A stretch of DNA of 64,000 nt from Octopus vulgaris (GCA_951406725.2 OX597814.1:36890001-36954000); one strand, 5' to 3'. Positions 13,746 to 28,847 are shown, counted from the stretch's first letter. Program-made: numbers and translations. The notes: generated by a model not told the origin, from the sequence alone.

Positions 13746-14753
13746 ATATATATGTATGTATATACATATATATATAGTAAGGGGTGATGGAAAATTTCAC
13801 CAGAGATTATAAAAATAGATTTAGGGTTTGCAGATATTAGTAGCAAATGAATTAGTAAAATAAAATTTATTAAGTAGTAGACGAACGTTGTAATGCAACA
13901 TCAGTTTCCCAGCTATTCTGGAGCAATCGATTGTGTTCACACTAATATATGAATATCATGGGTTATGCTTAATTAAGAAAAGCAACTCCGTTGCAATTCA
14001 GAACATGTGTAAGAACGTCTCCAAAGTGGAGTCATATATATATAGACATACACATCGGAATAGTTGCCATTGTCGAAAACATCTTTTAGATATCTCTATA
14101 ACGTATTGGTGTAATGTCAACTTACACTTTTCCTTGCCAATTCCAACCCCATTGTAGATTGATTTATATTGATCCAAAGGGTTTTTATGTAGTAGTATGG
14201 AAGCTGAATGAAGTTCTAGACATTTCATTAGTTATTCTGGAACAAATTCCATCATTTAATTTAATGTCCAATTCAATGCTGACCTAGGGACATTTCTTTA
14301 CACCAAAAGTATCAAATCATTAAATTGTTTTAGTGTGAGATTTATTTTGCGTTGATCATTTGTTAGTTAGTTAGTGTTGCTGATACTGATAATGATGATA
14401 TTGATTAAATTGTATTTGCAAGAATAGATTTGTTGTAACTTCATCATTGTCATGACCATCATAGTCAAACTCATCACAACCATAGCAATGTTCATGATCG
14501 TCTTTGGCATCCTCAACATCAATAAAACCAGATTAACTCGGCAACGATAACATATTCAGTGGACCTTTCAGTTATAGAAAATAAATATGCAGAAGTTTTC
14601 TCACCGTTAAGAACTTGACCGAATTTTATGAAATTTTCGTACAACGAAATCTTTATATAGATATATTTGCATATATATTGTTACACACACAGATATATAT
14701 TCTCTCTCTCTCTCTCTCTTTCTCATTTTCTGTCTCCTCACACACACAAATAC

Positions 14754-14831
<78 letters not shown>

Positions 14832-16778
14832 GTACATACATACATATAAATGGATGTATATTAGATACATAATACATCTACAGAGGTGTAGTATATTAAG
14901 ATAATTGAGAAGGGAATACATCCTGTTACCAGCGTTAACCGTAAAAAAATTTCAGTTCCCTGTCAATGCACATTCCATACCATTTCTTCTCAAAAATGTA
15001 ATAATGAAGAAGTAATAAAGAAACATAATGAGGAGAGAATAAAGTACTAAATGTTTCATAATGCATTCATATCTAAGTTTGATTTGGGTGGCGCATAATG
15101 AGTAATATTTTGAATTTGAGAAAATTAATTTTTACAAATATTCCCCACATTCCTAAGAGTACATCGGTTATGTAAATGATATTCTCTAAATGCATTAAAA
15201 ACTCGAAAACATATTCAGAACAGTATTTCAGAAAATTATCTCCGTTCTCTTCCCGCTCCAAAGTTTTGGTGAGGCAAAATGAGTACGACAAAACAATGTT
15301 AATTTTTCTATTCAATTCTTCAGAATTATAGTTCAGATAAGACTCACACTCATCAATAACCATCTTTAGACGTGAGAAAGAAGAGGAAATAAGGAAAAAA
15401 ACATTGTGAAGTGAAAGAGGATGATCAAAATGTGGCCCACATGAAATTAACGAAATTCGACAAAATCTAAAACGTCAGCATAAAACATTCTGTATGGCAC
15501 CTTTGCAATCTACTGGACTGCATCCGTTCCTGATAGATTTATGTATCTATCATATCGTTGAAAAACAGGAAATTGTTAGAATTAGTCATTGCTCATTTTG
15601 CCCCACATATTCCAATATTCGATAATCGAAATTTATTAAAATTAAACATTAGAGTGAAAAATTGTTGGCGTGGAATCCAACAGAGAAATGAATATTGATT
15701 GTTAGAAACCAAAAATTATCTAGATAATTTAGCAACTTCAATTACAAAAGTAGCTTGAAAAATGAGTACCCGAACTCTTTGAACTTTAGCAATAACTATG
15801 ATTTCCAAATTTAATGTCAACAATGATGCAAAAGTAAAAGATTATATGTAATACACGCAAAGTAATTGATTCAAACACAAAAAAAGAAAATAACAATAAG
15901 AACCAGGAATTACTCATTTTGCCTTACTAACTCCTACATTAAACATTAGTGATATGCAGTGAACGGATCAAACATTAATTCTTCTCTCAACCAGTTTGAT
16001 GCCAGCAGATGACGTATCTCTTGAGCAGTTAGTCTTATCTTACACATGTAAGATGCCTAACAAGTCCATTGAATTAGTTTTTTTTTTCCGTATTTACAAC
16101 ACTTGCACTGTCATTAATAAACTGGATTATAGGCTGACATTTTATTTAAGCCAAGCGCATTTTCTACTGGCGTGGCCCATATTTAAGCGGGAAGTAATTA
16201 ACCAGCAAGAATGCCTTCGGCATAGAATTTAGCTACATCTCTAAGTTCTGCATTCAAACCTTTCATAGATGTATTTGATCGGTTAGAAAGTGATAATATA
16301 AAGAGAAAGGATAAGGAACAATAACGACCAATATCAGCGATTGTATATCGATAGTTTGTGCGCCGAAATAATCGGTCTTTAACGAGCAAAATCTCCAAAA
16401 TATTGGAAGAGACAAAACGGCTATTTGAAGTTTTTGAATAAGTTTCCAATCATATTTGAAGCAAATTCCTTCAATCCCACACAAATTTGGTCCGAAACGA
16501 AAGTAGTCGCTTAAAGCAGAGCACGAACCTCATGGCACTACCTACACTCAACAGTAGCTGTATGTATATGTGTGTATATGTGTGTATATGTGTGTATGTG
16601 TATGTGTTTGTGTGTGAGTGCGTGTGTGTGTATAATCGTCAAACACATGATAGTATCTTCAGAATGGAAATTACATAGGATAATGTAATGCTGAATATAC
16701 TGTTTGAGAGAAAAAGAACGATGGATTGGTCAGAATAGAATGCTGTTGATCATAGTTATCAAGGACCAAATAATACAT

Positions 16779-17157
16779 TCTATTATAAGCACTAGGGCTG
16801 GTATTTAGGCAGGGGCGGAGGAGGCAACTAGTACTCATTTAATCGACTCAGAAATGAGGAAAAATTTGAATTCAAAACATAAAGACGGACGAAATGCCGC
16901 GAAGCATTTTGACCGGCGTGATAACGATTCTGCTACTCCGCTGCTTTTATCTAGGGATAAATAATTGCTTCAAATTTTAGCATATTCCCATCTATTTTGA
17001 GGGAGAGCTAATGTCTATTACTTCGATTCCTGTACACAACTGGTACGTACTTTATAGACCCTGAAAGGAGAAAGGCAAAGTCGACTTTGGCAGAATTTGA
17101 ACTCAGAACGTAAAGACAAAAGAAATGCAGCTAAGCATTTTGTCCGATTCTGCCAGC
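16779..17157 (-). mobile_element. Two tandem degenerate family-D SINEs
   Basis: aaaggcaaagtcgactttggcagaatttgaactcagaacgtaaagac..gctaagcatttt and the preceding similar copy. Confidence 0.75.
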
Positions 17158-19282
17158 ATTAATGTTGGAGGTCTACTGCCTAAATAAAAATCAAAAGCCT
17201 TTATATGGATACCTCAAGTCCCTAAGATCAAATCATACTATCTCACAAATAAGTGAATAGCATTTGTATAGTATTTGCCAATTGAGTATACTCAATCTAC
17301 TTTACAAGCCCGTTCCCAGTCAAAAAATGAACAAACAAAAGTAAAATCGCATTGTAAGTAAGAAACGCATTTTTATTTATTTGTTTATTTATTTATTAGT
17401 AAGAGCATCCATCAAATTACCAAACCATTCTTTAGACTTCTGTCATAACGAAAGTAATTGAATTAGTTGTCAAAAGAAAAGCAGCAACTAATCTAGATTT
17501 GTATTCTTTACTTTTGCAATCATCAATATAACTTCCATTAAACCAGATCAAAAGGACATTTTTTTATCGTATAAGAACCATATAATTTTCTTTCGATCAC
17601 TGCCAGTTTCTGTTCGGACTGTCATACTTCGAATGGAATTATGCCAGAATGGTTTAGCGGATATATGATGTGAACCTAAGGGAAATGCCTAGAACTTGGC
17701 TGAGATTAAAAGACACATGGGAGAAGAATAAAGAAAACAACAGGAAATGTTTGTAATAAAAACAGAATGTTAGATACCGAACTATAGAAAGTAGTTGCGT
17801 TCATATATTTAATAAAATATATTCACATTATATGACGATTTTGCTTGCTTCTTACTGGCTAGAGAAGGATACGGCTGATAAGGCTTAAACTTGTAGTCTG
17901 ATAAACTGACAGTTCGTATTTCGCTCCTCATGTCACAATAAATCAAAAGACAAAACAATTGAACTATTGTTTACTCAGACCACCTAGCAGAGATTAACAC
18001 TGTTTTGAGACAAAGAAATATTATATATTTAAGAAAAGTTTGTTTGTGTAGAACAAAGTTTTTTCTTTGTCCTATAGTTACAAACCACGAAGAAAATGTT
18101 TCAATATCTTTCCTGCGATATCCCCAAAATGATAGGAATATTTTAATTTAATTTCACTATAGCACCACTGTGAGTACAAATTCCCTAAAGTTAAACACTT
18201 CTATAAAAGTATGCTTCAAGTTTGTATCTTAATTTGTATGGAAACAAAATTTATCGCTGTCCTATTACTAAGATATGGCTAGTTACTTTGACTGCTTTTA
18301 AAAAGTAACTGAGTTTGTAGATTAGAATGTTTACCATCTGTTATTGGAATAAAGGTAATTTGTATAGTGAATTCTGCAATACAAGACCTGCTGGTTAATA
18401 AAATTGACTGAATTTATGAGAGGGAAAGTATATAGTTGCTTCAGTTACCCAAAGCATATTTATTCTGATACTGAGCAATCAGAAGGTGACACGAATATTC
18501 GATGATGGTATGATCCCCACTGCTATTTCGTGTATTTATAACCTTTCTACTTGAATAGTTGAAATTTTATTTCTTTATGTCATATTCTGTAATAATTTTA
18601 TTTGCAGTAGGAGAGGAATAAATTGAAGCGAATTAAGACCAGTACTTGAATTAAGAGCAGTAACCATGGAAACCTCATAATTATTTTGAAAACTATTAGG
18701 CGAATGGAATTAAATCATGAAATACATTTCTTTTGAAATTGTAATTTGTCTGAAAAAGTATTAAATTCTTGAGATGACACAAGAGTTCACAAGTTAATTT
18801 TTTCAGGTGCGGTCATATGCAAAAATAAGTTATATGCTCGTAACTTCAGTCTAGAGAGAGTTATCTGATACTTTTAGGTACTTTAGATCAAGAAGTAAGC
18901 AATATGAACTATCGAAATAACGTGATAACGTTATTCAACTCTACAACTAAATGGTTGAAGCTTTAACAAATCTCAGTATGTTGTAAAACATATTTTCTTA
19001 TTTGTAAAAGTTTCTAATTGATCGATTTGAACACACAGTCCTGGGGTACGATGCATAGTTATTTTCCCCGTGAACTGTGGATTATAAAGAAGAGTGTGGA
19101 CATAGATGTCAAATTAAAATTTGGTTTGTAACCACTGGTCTTGGGCACGTCTTATTGCATAGCATCTTTGGCATATGATTTCTGTTAGTCGTAAGTTTTC
19201 TAATACAGTGAATGGAATTAAGTAGAATGAAATTATATAAATCCTGTCATATGAATCCTATATATCTATATATATATGGAGG

Positions 19283-19612
19283 AGACCTTCTTCGGTCATT
19301 AATGACCATGGGATTGCAGCTAGAAAGTTATCCTCGGAGGTATAAGTCCGGGCAAGTTTGTTTATGGAAGTCCAGCAGTTGTCCATACATACCAACCTCC
19401 CCTCTCCACACCCCTGATGTTATCCAAGGGAAAAGAAAAGGCCGATACAGCTTGGCACCAGTGATGTCGCAACTCATTTCTACAGCTGAGTTAAATGGAG
19501 CAACTTGAAATAAAGTGTCTTGCTCAAGAACACAACAGGCAGCCCTGTCCGGGAATCGAACTCACAACCTCATGATCGTAAGCTCGACGCTCTAACCACA
19601 GAGCCATGCGCC

Positions 19613-19617
<5 letters not shown>
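19283..19617 (-). mobile_element. tRNA-derived SINE, family A
   Basis: Colinear with 4261-4594. Confidence 0.9.
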
Positions 19618-19676
<59 letters not shown>

Positions 19677-19835
19677 AAATATAAATAATATGTATATATA
19701 TATATATATATATATATTTTTATATTTCGGAATGGTCATATTGCCAGTTTAGCCAATAAAAACACACGCACTATATATTTGGTGTTATTTTGCTTCAGTG
19801 ATATTTATTTTTTACATTAATCTTAATCTTATTTC

Positions 19836-19880
19836 GGCCAAAGTTCTTTCGTCACACTCCTGTGACCGCATCAGTGGTTC
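19836..19880 (-). ncRNA. Hammerhead-like motif with variant core (CUGAUGC) in the PLE 3' end; inverted copy at 21321-21365 (+)
   Basis: acca-CUGAUGCG-GUCAC-aggagu-GUGAC-GAAAG-aa-CUU-uggcc. Confidence 0.6.
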
Positions 19881-20397
19881 TTTGTTTTCTTCTCACTTAC
19901 TTGTGTCTCTCCTTACTAACCGTCAGCCATTTTGTATTTCTATTGTATGTCTTCATTTGCGCATGCTTATATCTCTATGTGCGTCTATATTTATTTAGTG
20001 TGTGTGTGGGGGGGATGCCTGTAATATTTGTATCTTCTGGTTATATACATTCTTGTAATTTGTATTTTGTTTTTGTTGTTGTTGCTTTTGTTCTAATTTT
20101 GTTCATGTGTTTACATCCACCCATTATTATCATTACATATGCTTGTATGTATGTATAACAACAATATTAGTAATAATAATAATAAATCTAATCGAAAAAA
20201 AAAAGAAAAAAAAAGAATATACATATACATTTATATATATACATACATATACATATACATATATATATATATACATATATACACACATATATACACATAT
20301 ACATATACATATATATACACATATACATATATATAGATATTCATTTCTATTTCTTTAATTACCTGTGTATTTATTATGTTTGCAGGATCCACTATTG

Positions 20398-21299
20398 TCA
20401 TATGTTGTGGTGTGCGCTATTGCTCCATTCTAGTTTTCTATTCAGGCTAGGTTTATTTTCTATTATATGTGTAGCTTCTGTAATTTGTCTAATTGTTGCA
20501 TCTGTTCTATGTGTGGACAATATTTTAATCTCTATGTTATTGATTGTTCCCCCGTGTTCTTGTTCGGCGTGTTGGTACAGAATCGATGAGCTTTTACCTT
20601 CCTTGAGTTGTCTCCAATGTTCATTCACCCGCTCACCAATGCTTCTTGCAGTTTCCCCTACGTATGTTACTGTCTTGTTACTGCATCGTCCCTCTATACA
20701 TCTTATACTATAGACCACTTTTCTGGCTTTACAGTTCGTTTGTGGGCTAAATCTACATACAGTGCAATAGTTATCCGTACAGAGATTTCTACTAAAAGGA
20801 TAGCTTCTACCAATTATAGATCTGATAGGGTTGCCTGGCTTTTCAACAACCTTAATTCTTAGTTTAAGTTTATCTAGGGTCCTTCTAAAGCGGTACGCTA
20901 GTTCACCTCCAGGGGTGGTGTCAACGAACATGACACTCTGGTATTTATGGCTATCATACCAAGAGTTGGCCTTCCCTATTTTCTTTTTTGTCCTTTCTAT
21001 AGTGTTCCATGACTTGTTCCTATAGAGTGGGCAAATCCCATTCCTATCATTACATAATATATTATCAAATTTCTTCATGGCTCCTTTGTATACTCTGATC
21101 CTTTCTTTATGGCTGTAACCTGAGAACTGCATGCGGTGAATGAAATACTGTATGTGTCTCTTTAATTCTGTAGGCTCGCACATGCGTGACACATTTCTCA
21201 TTATTCTGACGAGGTCTGCCATCAAAATATTGAATTTGGCATTGCCCGCAATGGCTGAGTTCCGGTGGATCAGGTATTTTGAGGCCATAGGTTTTGCAT
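20398..21299 (-). CDS. PLE protein C-terminal part: RT thumb, Cys-rich linker, GIY-YIG endonuclease (5'-truncated, frame open)
   Basis: Motifs PLYR..W, VMFVDTTPGGEL, IKVVEKPG, CTDNYCTVC, VVYSIRC...YVGETARSIGERVNEH and RQITEA...LN. Confidence 0.85.
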
Positions 21300-21544
21300 A
21301 GTAAGTGAGAAAAAAACAAAGGACCACTGATGCGGTCACAGGAGTGTGACGAAAGAACTTTGGCCGAAATAAGATTAAGATTAATGTAAAAAATAAATAT
21401 CACTGAAGCAAAATAACACCACCTATATAGTGCGTGTGTTTTTATTGGCTAAACTGGCAATATGACCATTCCGAAATATAACAATATCTGTTTCAACACT
21501 CGACTTCACATAAAAAATCTTGCACAACAAATATTTAAACGTAT

Positions 21545-22483
21545 ATATATATGTATGTATACATATATGTACATACCTACATATATATATGTATATATAC
21601 ATTCATATATGGGTACAGGACATGAAAAAAAAGCGTTGAACACAATGAGAAAAAAACCCATAAAAACAAAAACATAGAAACGAAATTTTTTTCCGAACAA
21701 CGAAACGAACAAACAGAGAAACAAGACATGCAACATAAAGAATATTCCCCTTCTGCAGTTGTCCCTGTTTCATCTACTCTACTTTCGAATAAAGACAATA
21801 TGCAACTTCGTTGAAACAGTCCTTCCCGCAAAGCAAATTAAATAAAATTTGGGATTTTTTTGCGGAGGGTGAAGTGGTAACAAGAACAGAACAATGAGAA
21901 CAAAATACTAAAAACAAACAATGAGGGCAGTTTAGCCAAGACGATAGAAACCTTATTATAAACGCTGGGAAGACGAGCTTATCAGAGGAGACAGTATAAG
22001 CACGTGCTGAGCAGAAAGATAGATTATCTTTCGTAAGGTGCCAGCGACGAGAGATTCGAGGAGGAGGAGGAGTGAGATAAAATGAACGGTGAAGAGGAGA
22101 GGAGAAGAATAGGGAAAGGTGGGAAAGGAAACCAGAAAGGATGAAGAACAAGAGAGGGAGAGAGATAGACAGAGAAGAATTAGTAAAGACAGAAGAATGT
22201 TCATCGTAATTATTAAGATAAAACTTACTTGGAAAAGGATGCGTGGCGTTCGATCATATTATAATATAAATAATATATAAATATATTCATATATACATAC
22301 ATATATGTACATACTTACATATTTATGTATATATACATGCATATATGGGTACAGGATATCAAAAAACTTTGAACACAATGAGAAGCGAAAACATAAAATA
22401 AAGACATTGAAACGAACGTTCTTCGAACAGCAAAAAAAAAAAAAATCAGAGAAACTAAACACGCAACACAACATATTCCCCTT
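21545..22483 (-). mobile_element. Non-coding element with diverged ~200-bp terminal direct repeats (period about 735 bp)
   Basis: atatatgggtacagga..gaacacaatgaga..atattcccctt occurs at about 21605-21752 and 22340-22483. The same family lies on the + strand at 33050-33440. Confidence 0.65.
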
Positions 22484-24139
22484 ATACATATATATATGTG
22501 TGCGCACGCGCGTGCTTCAGACTTTATGCGTGCTTCAAATTTTCTACCTAAATCCCGTATTGTTTACGTTCCGTACCATAATGTTTCATCTAAACTATCT
22601 ATTGTTAAAATGCGGTTCGAACTGAAAGAAAACAAAAGTCAATACGTTCGGCGAAATCCTTGAAGGGGATGCTCCAGCATGGTCCCGATTTCATAACCAG
22701 CAACAGACAAAATGCCTAGAAGAACATATGTATCATATTTTATATAAAATATTTATCTATATGTAAAATGTCTTACGATATTATAATATAAATGTTATCT
22801 CTCATAGACTATGGGTACCAGTGTATCGGCGTAAAATATTAACCGCCTCGAAATGTGCTATTTCTGAGATCTTAATGTGATAGGGCGACCTGCAAAAGAT
22901 AGTAGCCAAATCTATTTTGAATCATATTTTATAGAAAGATATTAGATGGAGCGGCGTGAGAAAAAAATATTTTCAGTTTATGGGTTTACCATGGTCTTCT
23001 CGATCAAAATTAAAGCAGTAACAAAAACAACGACGATAATAACAATGTCTCAAAATTGGGACAAGGCCAGCAATTTGGGATAGGATTTAAGCCTCTTTGG
23101 CGGTGACTGATATTACTGTTACTAAACGATATATTTAATTTTGTCTCTTTTACAGACCGTGTTCAAAAATTCTTCGAGTTTTTCGCAGAAAAAATTTTAA
23201 TAAGGTTCTGTGTAATATGTAACTCAGTTAAGTTGGCTGTGCTATTCTCTTAGAAGTATTGGCATTCAATCAATGGCGTCTTCCCTCTTCTATATGTAAT
23301 ATAGATAAGCATTTTAACATTTGTTAATCTGAATTATGCTTTGACACAGAAAGGTTTGCCACTCATTATTTCACACATGCATTAACAACGCAATGAAGTT
23401 AATTTGCATGTTGTTGACTCTAAATACTCAGCTATTACATGATGCTGATGCTGTTGTTCAAAGCCTAGATTACTCTTATGTTATTTAATATGGATCTGCA
23501 TTTTGGAGATGGTGTGTTGTGATTTGTGGGTCATTCGACTGCTGACTGCTAAGCGTAGTACGTACGTCTATGCAGAATCTGGCTCACTTTCTCAGAGCTT
23601 ACATTTTAACATACAGGGCTGACCTCAAAGTAACCTGAAAATATATTATTCCTTTTATTATGGACTGGAAATCTAAGCAAGTAAACGTGATTATGTAGCT
23701 GCCAGATTCTGCAATGTGCAATAAATACAGTGACATTTTCGTAGGTATGATTCAAGAGTTGCTTACATGGAAATACCCTGGGAATTGAGATTTTTGTGAG
23801 TTAGTAAAAAAATAGGGGTTATCGCTGACAATGCATTTACAGAGAATTTAAAGGAAAGGAACGTGAAAAACGAGTGCATACAGGTATCATTTCCCTCACA
23901 AGAATAATGTCACAATAGATGTCACTTCCCAAATCTTGTAAAATGCCTGGCTCATAAATCAGAAGCGTAGTAACAAACAATCAGTCATATTTCATTCCTC
24001 ATTTTCGTACATTTCTCCTAACACCTATCACCTAAAAGCTATTCATTTTATGGAATTGTTTGTCAGTTTTGCGTCATGAACGTTTTCAGAAATAATAGCG
24101 TTATTGACTGGATATTCTTTCTTTACATTCTTTTTTTAA

Positions 24140-24250
24140 AAAAATCTCTCTTTCTTTCATACTCATTTTCTTTCATTTGCTTCTTTCTTTCTTTCTCTCT
24201 TTCTTACTCTATTTCCTTCATTTTTTCTCTATTTCTTTCTTTCTTTCCTC

Positions 24251-24304
<54 letters not shown>

Positions 24305-24375
24305 CTCTTTCATTTCTCTCTATCTTTATATTTCTCTCTTTTTCTCAGTCTCTCTCTCACTCTCTTTCTCTAGTG
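24140..24375. repeat. (TTTC)n pyrimidine-rich tract
   Basis: Directly visible. Confidence 0.9.
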
Positions 24376-27295
24376 TTTTCCTTTTTAATAAGAGGCTACT
24401 TTTCTCACTTTATCAGAATTACGTCCAGTAATATATATACATTCTAAAAAATACATTTTAAACAAATTATGTGATGTTATATTGTTATTTATTTGCATAT
24501 GTTCTAGCGGTTTGCACTGAAGAAAGTTCAATAATAAGTTATTCTGTTAGATTGATATTTGTCCTTCAAACGGATATACTGACTAAAATATCAGCTACAG
24601 TTAGATTTAGCATCATCATGATTCACTTGGAAAGAACATTAACATCTTGTTTCAACTGAGGTAATATCGACGTGGAGATTAGTTCCAACGAAAATGACGA
24701 ATATGAAGGTCATCTGGACTAGCGCTTACGCTGTACAATTTCTGTTGGCGAACGGCACTGGTACTTAGCTGCGTTTCCAAACTATATTTCATGATAACGC
24801 AAATTAAATCACTGAACAGTTAAGATTAGATTTTGCTAAGTCCTTGGCCACAAAAGTACTAATTTTTCTTTAACAGTTTTGTAAAGTAATTGATTGCTGA
24901 TAAGAAGTACATTATGTATGATTTTAATTTCTCAACAGGTGCCATACTTAATAGTCACGAGTAGGTTAACAATTGTTTTAATAACAGCAAACTTGCAGAA
25001 TCTTAATTTTAATTTCGTTCTCCATTTAAACTGTTTTTTTCCTTTTAAAATGCTATCTTTACTAATGAAATATATTCATTTTAAATACATTAAGTGTTTC
25101 AAATAATTAAAAAGTTATTAAATTTATATATACTTTCATTGACTGAAAAAGGTATGCAATATTTGGTGCTTATTAATTGGAAAAATTATTGAGTATCAGT
25201 GTCATTTATTTTTAAAATATTTTATTTCATATTCTATAAATTTAGTATTCACATTGTTATATATTATCATTTAATTAAATGGCATCTGCATTAACAAAGA
25301 CTCTAATAAAGATGTGCTCAATCATCATAATGCATTTTTGTGGATTATAGTAAATAAATTTGGTAGCTATTTCTAGCGGGTAGAATAACCACATATTAGC
25401 TCCAGCCATGTTTAAGTATGCCTGAACATTTTAGTATTATCTGTGGTAAATGTTAGAATTTAAAGCAAGTATTTTATGTAATTTTATCCACAGTATTAAC
25501 GAAACTTTTAAGAGAAAAGTCTTAAGCAAAATTACCACATGCATAACGAAGGTAGTAAAGATTATGATGCCGTGGATAATTTGCACACATTATAAGAGAT
25601 GTTTTCATGCATGTATTTTGGTTTTCAATTTCATAATTGTTCTATATTAACAAATACTTAAACGTTAACATTTCTGTATACTAAAAAAAGGAGAATTGGC
25701 CTATATACTGACTTAAAGTTTCGTAATCTACATACGTTAAGAGGAAGTAGTTTCATGCAGTAAAAATAACTTTTAAACATATCAAAATAAGTTTATATTA
25801 CGCTTAATTACATGCTTTTCTGAATGACATTTATAGTAAATCTGCTTCTGTTTCTATTATTTCCATTAAGATCCTCTACTTTCTTCCAGTTTGCATGTTT
25901 TCATTTCGTCGCACTATCGAGGAAAATATTTTCCTGGCGAAAAGGAAAACACTTGTTTTCCTAGTATATCTGAATTCAAATGAAGAAATTTAATAAATTC
26001 ATCCTTATTGTCTCCCTCGGATTAATAATCTTCATGATTTGTTTCTGCTAGAATTTTAGCACCTGAGTCTTCTATCTTTGTTGATGTTGCAAGAATCACG
26101 AGGTCAAGTATGTCCATAAGGATCACACAAATCCGCACAGTACTAAACGTTACATCATCACTGACCTTATCGTGCCACGAAGATATCTATTAACTAGGGA
26201 TCGATACCGTTCCTGGGGTATTTAACCCTGACCATTTTGATTCTTCTTTGTAATGACTATGGAGCTAACCTATGGGCAAATATGTCGCACCAGGCAGTGT
26301 TAAGAACGTACTTTCACGCAACATTGAGTTTCCCTCTTTTCGCTATATATATGGCTGTCTCCACAAAGCAGACATAAGCTGCTTTCTCTTTTCCCATCCG
26401 TCTGTGGAAAGCTGGTCCCAGTTCGATGTACACAATCCTACCTAGATTTCGGTCATTCAGAAAAATGTTCCATATAAACTGATATTTCACTTCAACGGTA
26501 CGTTAATACGAGACAATTTTTCTCTATTAGTGTTTACATTCGTAAAGGTACGCGCATGCATGCAATTGTGTTTCCATGATTTTTCTCTCAGTGTGGTGAA
26601 AATGTCTATATTTTCTTTTAGTTCGTGTGTACAATTAACATTTTACGGTACTATTAGAATATTTGAAATAAGTAGACCGAAAGAATGCCGTTAAGCAATT
26701 TGTCCGATGCGTCCGCAATTATAAATTTTAATTGAAATAAAATAAATTTAGGGTTAAAACTTACAAATCATAGAAAGGCTAAAGAAAAGCCTCCAAGGCA
26801 CATATTTCAAGAAATAACAGGAGTGAAAAGCGACTGATTTTAAGCACATATCTACTCGATGATATCCCCCAAGAAAACTGTCGACGGAGTAGCCACCCAC
26901 TAAACAACATGACACCATATACATTCTAAATAACAGGGTACGTGTCTCTGGCATATAACACCAATAACATGCCATAACCGATACACAAACACTGCTTAAT
27001 ACCGTAAAACTGTTCATATTGCCCTTACTTTGGCTGTGGCTCAGAAAACGCTGCGAAAACAATATAAATTGTATATACTGCTAGCAAAATTTATATAGGA
27101 TATTTCTAATCATTTATATCATGTATGTACATCCACATACATACACATACATAAATGCATACCTGCATGCATACATACATACGTACATACATACATGGAT
27201 ACATACATATATGGATACATACATACATGCATACATACAAACATGCATGCATGCATACATACATACATACATACATACATACATACATACATACA

Positions 27296-27329
<34 letters not shown>

Positions 27330-28212
27330 CAAAGTTCATATGCTGAAAGGTTTCAAGCTTTATACTATCAGCATGCAAAACTAAATGCAATACCCAATAA
27401 ACACACTGGACCTGGAGGGATTGCAACCCCACAGGCACAATAAGTACGAGACCTGGGTATTTAGATGAGTGATGATGCAAACTTTCATGTGCATGCTGCT
27501 AAATTGGCAATGACCGGATGGATTCTTAGAACCTTTAGAACAAGAGACCAGGAAACCATGATGATCCTCTGGAGGACACTTGTCCTAAGCAACTTTGACT
27601 ATTGCTCTCAGCTATGGTCCCCATCCAGTGTCAAGTCAATCACAGAACTTGAGGCGATCCAAGGATGCTACACGAAGATAGCCTCTGTGCAGCATATAAG
27701 CTATTGGGAAAGACTCAAGAGATTGAGACTCTATTCCTTAGAGCGTAGGCGAGAAAGATATGCCATAACATACATCTGGAAGATCTTAGAAGGACTTATC
27801 CCAAACTTTGGCATCGAGAGTTACACAAATGCCAGAACTGGGCGCCACTGCATAGTGCCAAGGACTCCAAATTTGCCATCAAGATGTAGGACAAGATACT
27901 GTGATAGCTTGGGCTTCCGAGGCCCACAGCTCTTCAATATCCTCCCGAATAACCTAAGAGACCTGCATGGGGTGGATGCAGATGTCTTTAAAATGAAACT
28001 TGATCTCTTCTTGTCAGGTGTCCCAGATGAACCACCTTCACGGCAGGAGGTGCAGATGAGCGCAGCTGCATCGAACTCTCTCATGCACCAGATGACATTT
28101 GCTAAAAGGCATTCGTGAAGTAAAATCATGTAGCAACACCAAATGGCGGTGCCCCAGCATGGCCACAGCTTGTGTGCTGAAACTAAATAAAATAAAAAAA
28201 AGAAAAGAAAAC
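27330..28212 (+). mobile_element. 5'-truncated CR1/L2-group LINE 3' end, flanked by (CATA)n
   Basis: Motifs DLGI, GWILRTF, FDYCSQLWSP and SYWERLKRLRLYSLERRRER in ORF 27465..28118. Short 3' tail then an A-rich end. Confidence 0.85.
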
Positions 28213-28530
28213 ACATACATACATACATACATACATACATGCAGAAAACAAATTCAGAGAAGCCACTGCAATTGTTTGTGCGAGTACGTCACCTAGGTAG
28301 AATGTTTTCATCCTACAATTCAGATCTTCTCCATTACTTCATTTTCTGCAACCTGCATTCTACATACTTGCACCTGATTATCTTCGATTTTATCGTAACA
28401 GTGAGATGTATCACGTTTTCCGATTGCTTGTCCCTTAGCTGTCGACAGACAGTTGCATTTGGTTTCATGAAGCATAAATTCTTTTGAAAATTATGCTAAT
28501 CTTCCTGTACCTTCTGAATAACAACTGCAT

Positions 28531-28575
<45 letters not shown>

Positions 28576-28586
28576 TATAAATACAT

Positions 28587-28662
<76 letters not shown>

Positions 28663-28808
28663 ACATATATACATATATATACTTATATATACGCACATAC
28701 ATATATACATATGCATATATATATACACACACATATATATATATATATATGCATATACATACATACAAACATACATACATACATACATACATACATACAT
28801 ACATACAC

Positions 28809-28847
<39 letters not shown>

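Larger units (their letters stand above)
19722..21480 (-). mobile_element. 5'-truncated Penelope-like element (Naiad-like motifs) with an inverted copy of its 3' end
   Basis: Minus-strand ORF has thumb, CxxxxCxxC and GIY-YIG motifs. 19722-19901 is inverted at 21300-21480. Confidence 0.88.

Noticed and set aside
15073-15363. 96-aa ORF as a host gene
   Set aside because: No recognisable domain or splice support in AT-rich DNA.
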